A DNA stretch of 64,000 nt from Desulfatiglandales bacterium (GCA_963662465.1 OY759599.1:5152001-5216000), one strand, 5' to 3'; shown: positions 1-9,444, counted from the first letter of the stretch. Notes: generated from the sequence alone by a model not told the origin. A program made the numbers and translations.

Positions 1-16
1 TGCCAGCCTGGGCCTC

Positions 17-1180
17 TTGATGGCGATCCTTTTTTCTTTTCTGCTTTCCGTCAAAATGCAAAAGACCGTTGTACGCCCTATCCTCGATCTGAAAGTATTA
101 TCGAATTCGGTTTCAAAAGATGGTGACTATTCCGTCAGGGGGAAAAAACACGGCAATGATGAAATCGGAAGCTTGGTGGATGCCTTTAACGAAATGCTTC
201 ATCAAATCGAGCAGCAAAACAGCGCCCTTAAGCAAGCGCGAAAAACCGCGGAAAACGCCGCCCTGGAAGCCCTTCAACTGGCAGAGGGATTGAAACAGGC
301 CAATGTGACGTTGGAAAATGAAATCAGGGTTCGCAAAGACGTGGAGAAAACCCTGCAGAAACACCGTGATAATCTGGAAATCCGGGTTTTGGAACGAACC
401 GTTGCATTGCGTGAAACCAATCAAAAGCTCACAAACGAAATCTCCGAAAGGATGACGGCGGAGAAAAAAATACAGGATTCCCTGGATGAAAAAGTACTGC
501 TTTTAGGTGAAATCCATCATCGCGTCAAAAACAATTTGCAGGTAATTTCCAGTCTGCTGGATTTGACCCGGCGAAGAACCATGAATCCTGAGGCGCAAAT
601 GGTCCTGGCCGATGCCCGATCAAAGATTTACACCATGGCCCTGGTTCACTCTCAACTCTATCGAAGCGAGTCTTTCAGCCGAATTGATATGGGGGTCCAT
701 ATTCGAAAACTGCTGGGGTCGATTAATCAAATCTATGCCGCCAGCCACCGAAAAATACGTCCCATAATCGAGTGTTCCCATGTTTTTCTTTCCGTCACCC
801 AAGCCATTCCCTGTGCCCTGGTTTTAAATGAGGTGATTTCAAACGTGTACAAGCACGCTTACCCCGAAGATGCAAAAGGTGAATGTTTTATTTCCATGAC
901 CGAAGTTGAAGAAAAACGGATCCATTTTTGTGTGCGGGATGAAGGGGTTGGCATTCCCGAAGGTGTTGATATTGAAAACACCGAGACCCTTGGTTTGAAA
1001 TTGATTCGAAACCTGATCCGGAAACAGCTGAAAGGCGACGTTCGTTTTGAGTGCGGCAAGGGAACGTCGATTATTGCGGAATTTGATATTGACCATGATG
1101 ATGTGCTGATTCACGGAGGACCGGAACTGACGCCGAATGGAAAATTTCCCTCTTCCGAGGACACGTCCCAAGACACATAA
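17..1180 (+). CDS. Sensor histidine kinase (HAMP + HisKA_2 + HATPase), probably 5'-partial
   Basis: HAMP (DEIGSLVDAFNEM), H-box EIHHRVKNNLQ, N-box LNEVISNVYKHA, DEGVGIP and TLGLKL motifs; the frame appears to run off the window start. Confidence 0.9.
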   Translation: MMAILFSFLLSVKMQKTVVRPILDLKVLSNSVSKDGDYSVRGKKHGNDEIGSLVDAFNEMLHQIEQQNSALKQARKTAENAALEALQLAEGLKQANVTLENEIRVRKDVEKTLQKHRDNLEIRVLERTVALRETNQKLTNEISERMTAEKKIQDSLDEKVLLLGEIHHRVKNNLQVISSLLDLTRRRTMNPEAQMVLADARSKIYTMALVHSQLYRSESFSRIDMGVHIRKLLGSINQIYAASHRKIRPIIECSHVFLSVTQAIPCALVLNEVISNVYKHAYPEDAKGECFISMTEVEEKRIHFCVRDEGVGIPEGVDIENTETLGLKLIRNLIRKQLKGDVRFECGKGTSIIAEFDIDHDDVLIHGGPELTPNGKFPSSEDTSQDT

Positions 1181-1633
1181 GTTTAGGAGAAAAAAGGGAA
1201 TTTACGTTTCTGCTGACCCAAAAAATCATTGAAACCTACCAGCAAAAGCGAATTCCCGACCATCGGCAACTGGCCGTTGAAATATTTAAAACACCCGACC
1301 TCGTTCGCTATTTCGAATAAACAAAGAGGACTTTATCACACCCCATGCGCGTCGTGTTTTTAACGCCCACGTCTATCACGAGGAGATTCCCGATCGGGGG
1401 CATATCCGGTAACCGCTTTTGATGAAATCCATGCGGCCCAAGGGTGTATCAGCCCCCTTCGGGGCAATGAATTGATGCGCCTTTTACTCAACTATGCGGA
1501 TCAATCCGTATTATTGGGGCACCGATTGGGGCAAAAAGAAAGGGCCTACTTTCCACGCCGATACAAACCCTTTTCTCTGAATAGCCAATCCGGACAATAA
1601 CGCTTCAGTAGGATATGTTTGGAATGCGGAGAA

Positions 1634-2362
1634 TCAGAAAATACCAAGGGACTTCAGAAAGGCGCCCGTGGCCCCGAGAATGGATATGCCGATGGCAATG
1701 GTGAACATGCGAAGGGTAAAGCCGCGCTGCCTTTCATCCCGGTAATCGAGTTTGTCCCCCAGACGTTCAATGGAGGCTATGACCTGCTCAAAGCGCTTAT
1801 CTACTTGCTCGAAGCGCTTGTCTACTTGATCGGAACGCTTGTCCAAGTCCCCCTTGATGCCATCAAAGCGCTTGTCCATGTCCTCCGTTATGTTATCAAA
1901 GCGCTTATCAACCCCTTCTTGCATGGCATCAAAGCGCTTGTCCATGTCCTCCGTTATGTTATCAAAGCGCTTATCAACCCCTTCTTGCATGCCATCAAAG
2001 CGCTTGTCCATGTCCTCCGTTATGTTATCAAAGCGCTTATCAACCCCTTCTTGCATGGCATCAAAGCGCTTGTCCATATCCCCCTTGATGCCATCAAAGC
2101 GCTTGTCTACTTGCTCGAAGCGCTTGTCCATGTCCTCCGTTATACCATCAAAGCGCTTATCAACCCCTTCTTGCATGCCATCAAAGCGCTTATCCACATC
2201 CCCCCGGAAATCTTTGAGATCATCGCTAAAACGATTCATCTGATCTTGCATATGATCGAAGCGAACCTCAAAGTATTTGGACGTGGGAATGATTTGCGCC
2301 ACCAGCACATCCACGGTCTTCTTGTCCAGGGTCAGGTTGTTTTCTTCCTTCTGATCGGTCAT
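1634..2362 (-). CDS. Membrane-anchored coiled-coil repeat protein (DUF1640/CCDC90-like architecture)
   Basis: Short head, 14 DKRF-led repeats, C-terminal hydrophobic helix FTIAIGISILGATGAFL. Confidence 0.75.
   Translation of the reverse strand: MTDQKEENNLTLDKKTVDVLVAQIIPTSKYFEVRFDHMQDQMNRFSDDLKDFRGDVDKRFDGMQEGVDKRFDGITEDMDKRFEQVDKRFDGIKGDMDKRFDAMQEGVDKRFDNITEDMDKRFDGMQEGVDKRFDNITEDMDKRFDAMQEGVDKRFDNITEDMDKRFDGIKGDLDKRSDQVDKRFEQVDKRFEQVIASIERLGDKLDYRDERQRGFTLRMFTIAIGISILGATGAFLKSLGIF
1781..2194 (-). repeat. Intragenic tandem repeat: ten 33-bp and four 21-bp units, with a 66-bp higher-order unit
   Basis: Encodes alternating DKRFD(G/A)MQEGV / DKRFD(N/G)ITEDM plus DKRFEQV-type heptads; DNA copies near identical. 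Confidence 0.95.
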
Positions 2363-2508
2363 GGAAAACTCCGATTAAAAAAAGTCCATCGTTATGAACA
2401 GCTTCGCTATAATGTCATTCTCGTGGAAAAAATGATATTTGAAACAATACCCTATGTCAAGAGAAACGGGTGTTTATCTTTTTATTCCGAGGTGTGCTGA
2501 AATTGGTT

Positions 2509-2733
2509 TTAAGGGATTATAGCCAGGTTTTGCAATGTTACGGAACCGGTTATAACTTGCGGTGATTTAATGTTTGACACATTTTCTATGACGATTGTAA
2601 TAGTAAAGGATGTATCCTCATTAGCTAAATTGATAGAAGGCGGCGTCAGTTTCAGCTCCAAGGCATTTGCAGAGCTCATTTGAATAAACAGAAATAAAGT
2701 TGCAGCGCCTATGAGATAAATATGCCTTATCAT
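2509..2733 (-). CDS. Small secreted protein, possibly a truncated cohesin/Ig-like domain
   Basis: SD GGGGAG, signal peptide ending ANA, beta-strand pattern LKLTPPSINL...FTITIVIENVSN, then ends after 74 aa. Confidence 0.45.
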   Translation of the reverse strand: MIRHIYLIGAATLFLFIQMSSANALELKLTPPSINLANEDTSFTITIVIENVSNIKSPQVITGSVTLQNLAIIP

Positions 2734-2821
2734 CTAATTCTCCCCCGTCATAAGCAAAACCCCCTTGGCCCCATCATTTTTTCTGGATCGAATTAGATTG
2801 TAAGTTCGATAGAATACAGGC

Positions 2822-2849
2822 GAGGCAGAATCATTGCTGATTCTGCCTC
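2822..2849. terminator. Hairpin downstream of the IPTL-CTERM gene
   Basis: GAGGCAGAATCA-TTGC-TGATTCTGCCTC, perfect 12-bp stem; no strong U-tract. Confidence 0.5.
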
Positions 2850-2887
2850 AACCTGCGATATAGGCCAATTTAGAAACTAAAGTTTCT

Positions 2888-3481
2888 TTAGGCATGAAGT
2901 CTGAAGGAATTTTTCTTTTTCATCAGATAGACACCCGAACTTCCCATTAATAACGCAAAAATGATCATTCCCCATTCACTGAGGGTAGGGATGGGAGTAT
3001 TCCCTCCTACGCCGGAAAGGGCCACAGAATCCGGGCTTGAAACCGCATCTGTAGTGACAGTAATCCGGCCTGTGCGAATACCGGCAGCTGTCGGAGTGAA
3101 AGTGGCGTTGATCGTGCAATTAGCGCTGGCTGCAAGTGTTGCGCCACAGGTGTTCGTTACTGCAAAATCGCCCGACCCGGTAATGCCGGTGATGTTCAAC
3201 GTGGCGTTTCCGCTGTTTGTCAGGGTTACCGTTTGGGAGGCGCTCGTAGTGCCGACAACCTGATTTCCAAAGGCAAGTGATGTGGGGTTCAGTGTGACGG
3301 CGGGCGCACCAACAGCAGCACCAATGCGGGTTGAATCTCCTACGGTATTGAATGTGGCTCCCGTTGCAGTCAAATCAACGCTTGCTGGGTCGAGTTTTAC
3401 CGTAAGTGATTGGGCCAAACCGATTTCGGCAAACAAGCAAAAAGCAACCAGGGCTAAAAGTGTCACAATTTTTCCTCGCAT
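2888..3481 (-). CDS. IPTL-CTERM sorted surface protein with a choice-of-anchor-D/ASH-like Ig domain
   Basis: SD GGAGG, signal peptide, PTSLAFGNQVVGTTS...VTLTNSG...CGATLAASANCTINATFTP domain, C-terminal IPTLSEWGMIIFALLM + KKK. Confidence 0.88.
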   Translation of the reverse strand: MRGKIVTLLALVAFCLFAEIGLAQSLTVKLDPASVDLTATGATFNTVGDSTRIGAAVGAPAVTLNPTSLAFGNQVVGTTSASQTVTLTNSGNATLNITGITGSGDFAVTNTCGATLAASANCTINATFTPTAAGIRTGRITVTTDAVSSPDSVALSGVGGNTPIPTLSEWGMIIFALLMGSSGVYLMKKKNSFRLHA

Positions 3482-3564
3482 TTTTTCCTCCTTACTTTTT
3501 TGTTGGCAGATTACTAGAGCTTAATTTAGATAAAGCAGAATCATCATTCACTTATATACCTCAA

Positions 3565-3598
3565 ATCGTACCTGAACAGACTTCCGTTCAGGTACGAT
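3565..3598. repeat. Palindromic element, CCTGAAC...GTTCAGG family
   Basis: ATCGTACCTGAAC-N8-GTTCAGGTACGAT, perfect 13-bp arms; related copy at 5043-5071. Confidence 0.7.
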
Positions 3599-3989
3599 AG
3601 AAACTAGACGAAAAATTCCGAAGCAATCAAATTCCTGAGCTATGGGTTAATTTTCATCCGCGGGGATGACAAACCCCCTTGTCATGAGAGTTTACCATGA
3701 ATACCTTTTCGCAAATGCATCAACTGAAACTCTTGATTCAAGCTGTTCCCATGGACCGGATATTTTATCCTCCTTGTAAGATATGGAAATCAGCATTTTA
3801 TGTCAAGATAAAGGTTTTCACATCGGCTTTTCCTGTTCTGAAAGTTTTCCATATCGGAAATTCCAGATTGAAAAAGAAGAATGCGGGGGTTAGTTTAAAG
3901 GATCGCCGCAGCCACTGTATGAGGCGTTCTTTCAGGAGTATGATTTCCGATCTGTATTGTTTGTGGGGAAAAACCCAAGGGAGAAAGCA

Positions 3990-5039
3990 ATGACCCAATC
4001 CAAAAAGATTCGCCTTACGGAAACCGTAAAAGGTTCGGGCTGAGCATCCAAATTGCCGCCAGGGGACCTGGAGCGAGCGCTTTGCGGAATGGAATTTCCA
4101 ACGGATGAAAATGTGATGGTTGGCTTGGATAGGGCCGACGATGCCGGTGTCTACCGGGTGAATGACGATCTCGCCCTGATCCAGACCGTGGATTTTTTTA
4201 CCCCTATTGTGGACAACCCCTACTGGTTCGGGCAGATTGCGGCCGCCAATGCCCTGAGCGATGTCTATGCCATGGGCGGCATTCCCAAGACCGCCATGAA
4301 CCTGGTGGGGTTCCCCCTGGGGAAGATGGATATCTCGATCCTCCGGGACATTCTCCAAGGGGGGGTGGACAAAATCAGAGAGGCAGGGGTCGTTCTGGTG
4401 GGCGGGCACAGCGTGGAAGACCCGGAACTGAAATACGGTCTGAGCGTCACCGGTTTCATCCACCCGGATCGTGTTCTCATCAAGAGCAATCTCAAAGCAG
4501 GCGACAAGCTCATTTTAACCAAACCCCTGGGAACCGGAATCGTTAATACAGCGATCAAAGGGGGACTTGCGTCCCCGGAGGTCATTGAGTGGGTTACCCG
4601 CCTCATGGCCGAGTTAAATCGGAAACCGGCCGAGATCATGGACCGTTTTCCGGTCCATGCGTGTACCGATATTACCGGGTTTGGCCTTGTGGGTCACCTG
4701 GCGGAAATGGTGATCGGTTCCGGGTGCGGCATTTGCCTTCAGGGGGACCTGATTCCCGTGATACCGGAGGCCTTGGAATATGGTCGAATGGGGCTTGTTC
4801 CGGCGGGGGCTTATCGAAACCAAGAGTTCCGAGCTTACATGACGGAATTTGCCCTTTCAGTGGATCAGGTGATGCAGAACATTCTTTTTGACCCTCAGAC
4901 ATCCGGTGGTCTTTTGATCTGCGTTCCTGAAGACGTTTCAGAATCACTGGTCCTGAATTTGAAGAACGAGGGCGTTGAGGAGGCGGTGATCATTGGGGAA
5001 GTCATGTCGACATCCGAAGAAAAGATTTTTGTGAAATAG
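3990..5039 (+). CDS. selD: Selenide, water dikinase (selenoprotein, Sec at codon 18)
   Basis: ATG at 3990 after GGGAG gives MTQSKKIRLTETVKGSG-UGA(4041-4043)-ASKLPP, in frame with ORF 4053; DDAGVY, QTVDFFTP, DPQTSGGLL motifs. Confidence 0.97.
4044..4075 (+). promoter_or_regulatory. Bacterial SECIS-like hairpin
   Basis: CCAGG-GGA-CCTGG (4059-4071), G-led apical loop about 20 nt after the UGA. Confidence 0.7.
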
Positions 5040-5042
5040 ATA

Positions 5043-5173
5043 GTGCCTGAACAAAAAAGCCGTTCAGGCACGGTTTTAAGTTTTAAGTTTTAAGTGAAAA
5101 AACGAAACCATATCATCTAGTTGTAAATCTCAACGAAAATTGGAAAACAATGTTTAGAGGTTTCCGTTCAGGC
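5043..5173. repeat. Intergenic MITE-like element containing (TTTTAAG)3
   Basis: GTGCCTGAAC-N9-GTTCAGGCAC, three heptamers at 5074-5094, and a second CCGTTCAGGC arm at 5164-5173. Confidence 0.55.
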
Positions 5174-5222
5174 GGAAAATGATATTACGATCCTGGAAAT
5201 CAAATCCAATGAGGAAAATTAA

Positions 5223-5831
5223 ATGAGCAAAAATACAATCGATTGTCGTGGTTTGGCTTGCCCCGGGCCGGTACTGAAAACAAAGGAGTTGATCGAGCAG
5301 ATGCATCCGGAAAACATTGTGGTTACAGTGGACAATGAAGCGGCGCGACAGAACGTCACACGTTTTTTGGAGTATCAGGGTTTTGCTGTGTCTGCCGATG
5401 AAGAAGGAACCGACTTCCACGTGATGGGCCATGCCGAAGAAGGGGCCGCACCCGAAGCAGCGCCCTCGAAAACAAGGGAACCGGGAGAAGAAAAGAAAAA
5501 AATCATGGTCATGGTGGCAACCGATCGAATGGGATACGGGGATGATGAACTGGGTTTGAAACTTATGGTCAGTTTTTTAAAGACCCTGAAGGAAATGGGA
5601 GACGAGCTGTGGCGATTGGTTTTTGTCAACAACGGCGTCAGAATGACCCTTTCGGATTCGGAAGTGTTGCCGGTGTTGGAGGAACTGGATAAAAACGGCG
5701 TCTACATCCTGGTCTGCGGCACCTGTCTTACCCATTTCAATTTGCTTGAAAAAAAGATGGTGGGAGAGACCACAAATATGTTAGATATTGTGACGGCCAT
5801 GCAATTGGCCGACAAGGTGGTCAATATTTGA
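5223..5831 (+). CDS. yedF: Selenium metabolism sulfurtransferase-like protein (TusA/SirA + DsrE-like domains)
   Basis: IDCRGLACPGPV, MGYGDDELG, VCGTCLTHF, GETTNM; adjacent to selD. Confidence 0.9.
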   Translation: MSKNTIDCRGLACPGPVLKTKELIEQMHPENIVVTVDNEAARQNVTRFLEYQGFAVSADEEGTDFHVMGHAEEGAAPEAAPSKTREPGEEKKKIMVMVATDRMGYGDDELGLKLMVSFLKTLKEMGDELWRLVFVNNGVRMTLSDSEVLPVLEELDKNGVYILVCGTCLTHFNLLEKKMVGETTNMLDIVTAMQLADKVVNI

Positions 5832-5883
5832 TACTTTCACTTAAGTCGCTGTTTTTATTGTTTCAGCGAAAGCGGAGGAATTC

Positions 5884-6285
5884 ATGGAACGGAGCTTTGG
5901 TTCGGATAATGCGCAAAAAGGAAAAAGCAAGGCTGATAAAGTAGATGAGTTTTTGGCTCGTTCCCGCCGGAATCAAACTCAAAATGAAAAAAATTACCGG
6001 GAACAGTCTCTCAAGATTCATCCCTGGGTGTGCGCCCGCTGTGCCAGAGAGTTCACGAACCGCAATGTGCATGAACTGACGGTTCATCATAAAGACCATA
6101 ACCACGAAAACAACCCTTCTGACGGGAGCAACTGGGAGAACCTCTGCATCTACTGTCATGACAACGAACATCGTCGACATCTGGATTACCTGGCAGGCGC
6201 CGATGCTCAGGTCGGCGACGAAAAGAATGATGCTTTTACCCATAATCCGTTCGAAAAATTGAAAAAACTGTTACCCAAAACTTAA
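5884..6285 (+). CDS. yajD: YajD-family HNH nuclease
   Basis: YREQSLKIHPWVCARCAREF, LTVHHKDHNH, DGSNWENLCIYCHDNEH. Confidence 0.9.
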   Translation: MERSFGSDNAQKGKSKADKVDEFLARSRRNQTQNEKNYREQSLKIHPWVCARCAREFTNRNVHELTVHHKDHNHENNPSDGSNWENLCIYCHDNEHRRHLDYLAGADAQVGDEKNDAFTHNPFEKLKKLLPKT

Positions 6286-6481
6286 AATTCCCTTTCCGAA
6301 TTTATAATGAGAATTGCCGCTTTCCGACTTTCGCCATTGATTATCTTCCGTATCTTTTGTATATTTCCAACTTAAAACCATCTCATAGGAAGACCTGTAT
6401 GTTAAAGGTCGAGAAAAATACCGAAAAGATGCCGCCTGAGGCGAGGCTGAACCATAATGATTCGACATAGGGGAAACTAGC

Positions 6482-7534
6482 ATGGGTGAAAAAAAAGGGA
6501 GTCTTGTCTGGTTGTGGGTCCTTCTTGGGATAGGCGCCTTGGCAACCGTGGGTTATGGTTGGTATAAATATTCGCAACCTGAAACCGGAGAAGAGCTGGT
6601 CGCCGTGGAAGTGTCGACATTCGAAGAGAGTCCGGGTAAGGATTTATCCGGAAAACAGCGTCATGCCGATGACCCCGGCGAAAAAACTTCAAAAGTCGGG
6701 GATATGCCGGCGGATCAGGCGCTGGTTCGAAGCGTCATTGAGAAAACCTCTGATGCCGACTTCGCTAAGAAAAAAAATGCGATGAAACCGCCGGCGACCG
6801 GGGAACTGGTGGGATACCAATTTGAATCCCATGAAAAGAAGCCTTTCTCTAAAAACGCACAGGGTCGGGAAGACCTTGAAAAGGCCGTAGATGCCCGGGA
6901 AGCGCCTTATTGCGCCCTGGTCAACCAGCATGTGCGGGATTTTTTTGAATATCTGGATACAAAAAAATATATTCAACAGTTGAACCCGAGAGAAACCGCC
7001 TATGCCCGCTTCAAACAAATCATAGAACGGCTCTGTGTTCGACCGCCCATTCCCGCCGGTGAAGGGGTTGACCCTGCTATCATGATTAAAAACATCTATT
7101 TTTTCTGTCGCGCCCTGGATAAAAAAGATTTGCGGTGGGTCAACCGGGTGGTTGCGGATGACCGGGATACGCTTGAAGACAACATGGGCATGTTTTACCA
7201 GTGGCTCATGCTGGGCAAGCGATGCCAAAACCCCGGAGATGTGAAACCTTCTTTTGATACGCTCTATCGATACGCGGGTTTTTTCTTGAATACCACCGGT
7301 GGCAGGGCGTACATGTTCAGGCGTGAACTAAAACTGCGGCTACTGGTTACCTATTATTCGGTTCAAATCATATACCAAGCCGATAAAGCGGGTAAAAACA
7401 GCTATGGGATTAATATGCTGCCATACATGGAACCCCTCATGGAAGAAATGTCCAACTACCCGGATCTGCTGTATAAAGAAAGATATTTAGAAACCCTGAA
7501 AAAGATTCGAATGTTTTACCCAAACAGGCGATGA
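6482..7534 (+). CDS. Hypothetical membrane-anchored protein
   Basis: 350-aa ORF with SD, N-terminal TM helix, low-complexity linker and helical C-terminal domain. Confidence 0.7.
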   Translation: MGEKKGSLVWLWVLLGIGALATVGYGWYKYSQPETGEELVAVEVSTFEESPGKDLSGKQRHADDPGEKTSKVGDMPADQALVRSVIEKTSDADFAKKKNAMKPPATGELVGYQFESHEKKPFSKNAQGREDLEKAVDAREAPYCALVNQHVRDFFEYLDTKKYIQQLNPRETAYARFKQIIERLCVRPPIPAGEGVDPAIMIKNIYFFCRALDKKDLRWVNRVVADDRDTLEDNMGMFYQWLMLGKRCQNPGDVKPSFDTLYRYAGFFLNTTGGRAYMFRRELKLRLLVTYYSVQIIYQADKAGKNSYGINMLPYMEPLMEEMSNYPDLLYKERYLETLKKIRMFYPNRR

Positions 7535-7560
7535 GGAAGAGAAATAAAACAGGCAAGCCG

Positions 7561-7860
7561 TTACTTTTTTTCGAGGCATTTAATGATGTTTAAAGGGGAA
7601 GCGGTGTGGATGCGGATGGTTTTGTTTTTCGAATGTTCTCCTGAGACAATATCGATTTTTCTTTTGGGAAGCCCCGTTATTTTTGCAAGGAACCCGATGA
7701 GCGCTTTATTTGCTTTTCCTTCGATTGCCGGCGCCGTGAGTTTTATTCGGTAAACGCCGTCCGTCTTACCCACAATTTCAGTCCTTGAAGAACGAGGCAA
7801 GACCCTCACTTTTATCACGGCGCTTTCTGGATTCCCCGTGTCTTTGCTCACAATCGGCAA
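7561..7860 (-). CDS. DUF167/YggU family protein
   Basis: VRVLPRSSR, IKLTAPAIEGKANKALI, VSGEHSKNK; start probably TTG 7860 or GTG 7851. Confidence 0.9.
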   Translation of the reverse strand: MPIVSKDTGNPESAVIKVRVLPRSSRTEIVGKTDGVYRIKLTAPAIEGKANKALIGFLAKITGLPKRKIDIVSGEHSKNKTIRIHTASPLNIIKCLEKK

Positions 7861-7864
7861 ATTC

Positions 7865-8167
7865 CTACCCTCCCATTCGCATGGCCAGTTGCGCGAGACT
7901 TTGAACCAGGAAGGATTGCACAAAAATAATGACCAGGATCACGATGATCGGTGAAAAATCGATCCCCCCGAAACTGATGGGCAGCCGCCGCCTGATCTGG
8001 TAGAGAACCGGTTCCGTGACGGCATTCAAAAACCGTATGATGGGGTTATAGGGATCCGGGTTGACCCAGGACACCACGGCCCGGGCAATAATGATCCACA
8101 TGTACAGGGTTAAAGCGATATCGATTATTTTGGCGATGGCCGCCAGAAAATTTCCGATGACAAACAT
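7865..8167 (-). CDS. yggT: YggT family membrane protein
   Basis: SWVNPDPYNP, TEPVL, GIDFSP motifs. Confidence 0.93.
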   Translation of the reverse strand: MFVIGNFLAAIAKIIDIALTLYMWIIIARAVVSWVNPDPYNPIIRFLNAVTEPVLYQIRRRLPISFGGIDFSPIIVILVIIFVQSFLVQSLAQLAMRMGG

Positions 8168-8211
8168 GGAAGTTATCCCCCCTATCGAGTCAAAAATTGC
8201 CTTGTTTTCAG

Positions 8212-8246
8212 AACCGTTAACCGATAACTGTCAACCGTAAACCGTT
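8212..8246. repeat. Heptamer tandem repeat (AAC(C/T)GNN)5
   Basis: AACCGTT AACCGAT AACTGTC AACCGTA AACCGTT, just downstream of rnpB. Confidence 0.75.
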
Positions 8247-8271
8247 GTTATCCATACGCCGACCCGGGTAT

Positions 8272-8667
8272 GTCGAAGCAATCCATAAGCCGGGTTTTGT
8301 TTTTCGAAAGGGTCGCCCACTTTCGAAACAATGACCATTCATCTAGCCTCGCCGTTGCCGACGAGATCAAGCGACCTACCCGGGAACTTGGGCGGACCAC
8401 CCTTAACGTCCCCCTATTTGGTCTTGCTCCAGGCGGGGTTTACAAAGCTTCCGCCGTCACCGGCGGAACTGGTGAGCTCTTACCTCACCCTTTCACCCTT
8501 ACCCCTTTTGAACGCCTAAGCGATCTTATCAGAGGCGGTTTCCTTTCTGTTGCACTTTCCTTCCCGTCGCCGGGACTGGGCGTTACCCAGCGCCTCGTCC
8601 TGTGGAGCCCGGACTTTCCTCCCCCTTGCCGGTGCGGCATGGCGGCGGTCATTCGTTTTACTTCGGC
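8272..8667 (-). ncRNA. rnpB: RNase P RNA (type A)
   Basis: Minus strand carries GAGGAAAGTCCGGGCTCC, GAAAGTGCAACAGAAA, GGTGAGGTAAGAGCTCACC, GTAAACCCCGCCTGGAGCAAG and ACAAAACCCGGCTTA; ends approximate. Confidence 0.97.
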
Positions 8668-8690
8668 ATACCCGGGTCGGCGTATGGGCA

Positions 8691-9437
8691 CTATGATTCC
8701 CCAGGGTCCTCCTGGTAACGCTCATCTTCCCCCCAATACATGATGCGTGCGCAATTGGGACAGTTCATGAGTTTATCCCCACGGATCAACTCATTGAATT
8801 TCTGAGGCGGGATGGCCATGTGACAGGCCTGACATACCCCTTTGACGACAGGCGTTATGGCAACGCCGTCTTTGTGGTCTTTGAGCAGGTCATACTTTTG
8901 AAGAAGGGACTGTTCCGTCGCCTTAGAGCAACGTTCCCTCTCCTTTTGAAGCCCTTCAAGATCCTTATCCAGAATTTTCATATCTCTCAGAATTTGTTTA
9001 CGGTCATGTTCAAATTGTTTCTTCATTTCCTGGGATTTTTTTTGATTATCGTCACAGGCAGCCGCCAGATCCTCTTTTTGTTCCATCAATTCAATAGCAG
9101 CAAGCTCCAGCGTCTCTTTTTCCTGTTTAATACCTTCAATCTCCTTGAGTGCCGCACGATATTCCTTGTTTGATGTGATGCCGGATAATTTTACCTCGGC
9201 TTTTTTCAAACGGTCATCCAGATCTTGAATCCCCCGTTCGGTTTCCCGACTCAAATTGTTGTGGGAATGCAATTTGTCCATTTCTTCCTGCAACACCGCT
9301 TCCACCGCCGCCAGATTTTCCTTGCGCTTCAGTACTGCCGCGGGACCCCTTTCCTTTTGGGCCAGTTTCTCCCTTATGCGAATATCATAAGCCTGAAGGC
9401 CAATCAAAAGTTTTATTGTTTTTTCCAATACTCTCAC
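8691..9437 (-). CDS. Coiled-coil C4 zinc-ribbon protein (DUF164 family)
   Basis: Long coiled coil followed by CQACH...CPNCARI; usual Nif3-DUF164-rnpB context. Confidence 0.88.
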   Translation of the reverse strand: MRVLEKTIKLLIGLQAYDIRIREKLAQKERGPAAVLKRKENLAAVEAVLQEEMDKLHSHNNLSRETERGIQDLDDRLKKAEVKLSGITSNKEYRAALKEIEGIKQEKETLELAAIELMEQKEDLAAACDDNQKKSQEMKKQFEHDRKQILRDMKILDKDLEGLQKERERCSKATEQSLLQKYDLLKDHKDGVAITPVVKGVCQACHMAIPPQKFNELIRGDKLMNCPNCARIMYWGEDERYQEDPGES

Positions 9438-9444
9438 CTCTCAA

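Noticed and set aside
1781..2194. CRISPR-like appearance of the 33/66-bp repeats
   Set aside because: No unique spacers, in-frame coding, and no cas genes in the window.
1619..2500. 293-aa and 134-aa + strand repeat ORFs
   Set aside because: Shadows of the stop-free tandem repeat; the minus-strand frame has an SD, coiled-coil pattern and TM anchor.
3600..3990. Riboswitch or gene upstream of selD
   Set aside because: Only a short ATGACAA/TTGTCAT dyad; no known aptamer consensus and the ORF lacks support.
8270..8743. ORFs overlapping rnpB
   Set aside because: The region is fully explained by RNase P RNA motifs.
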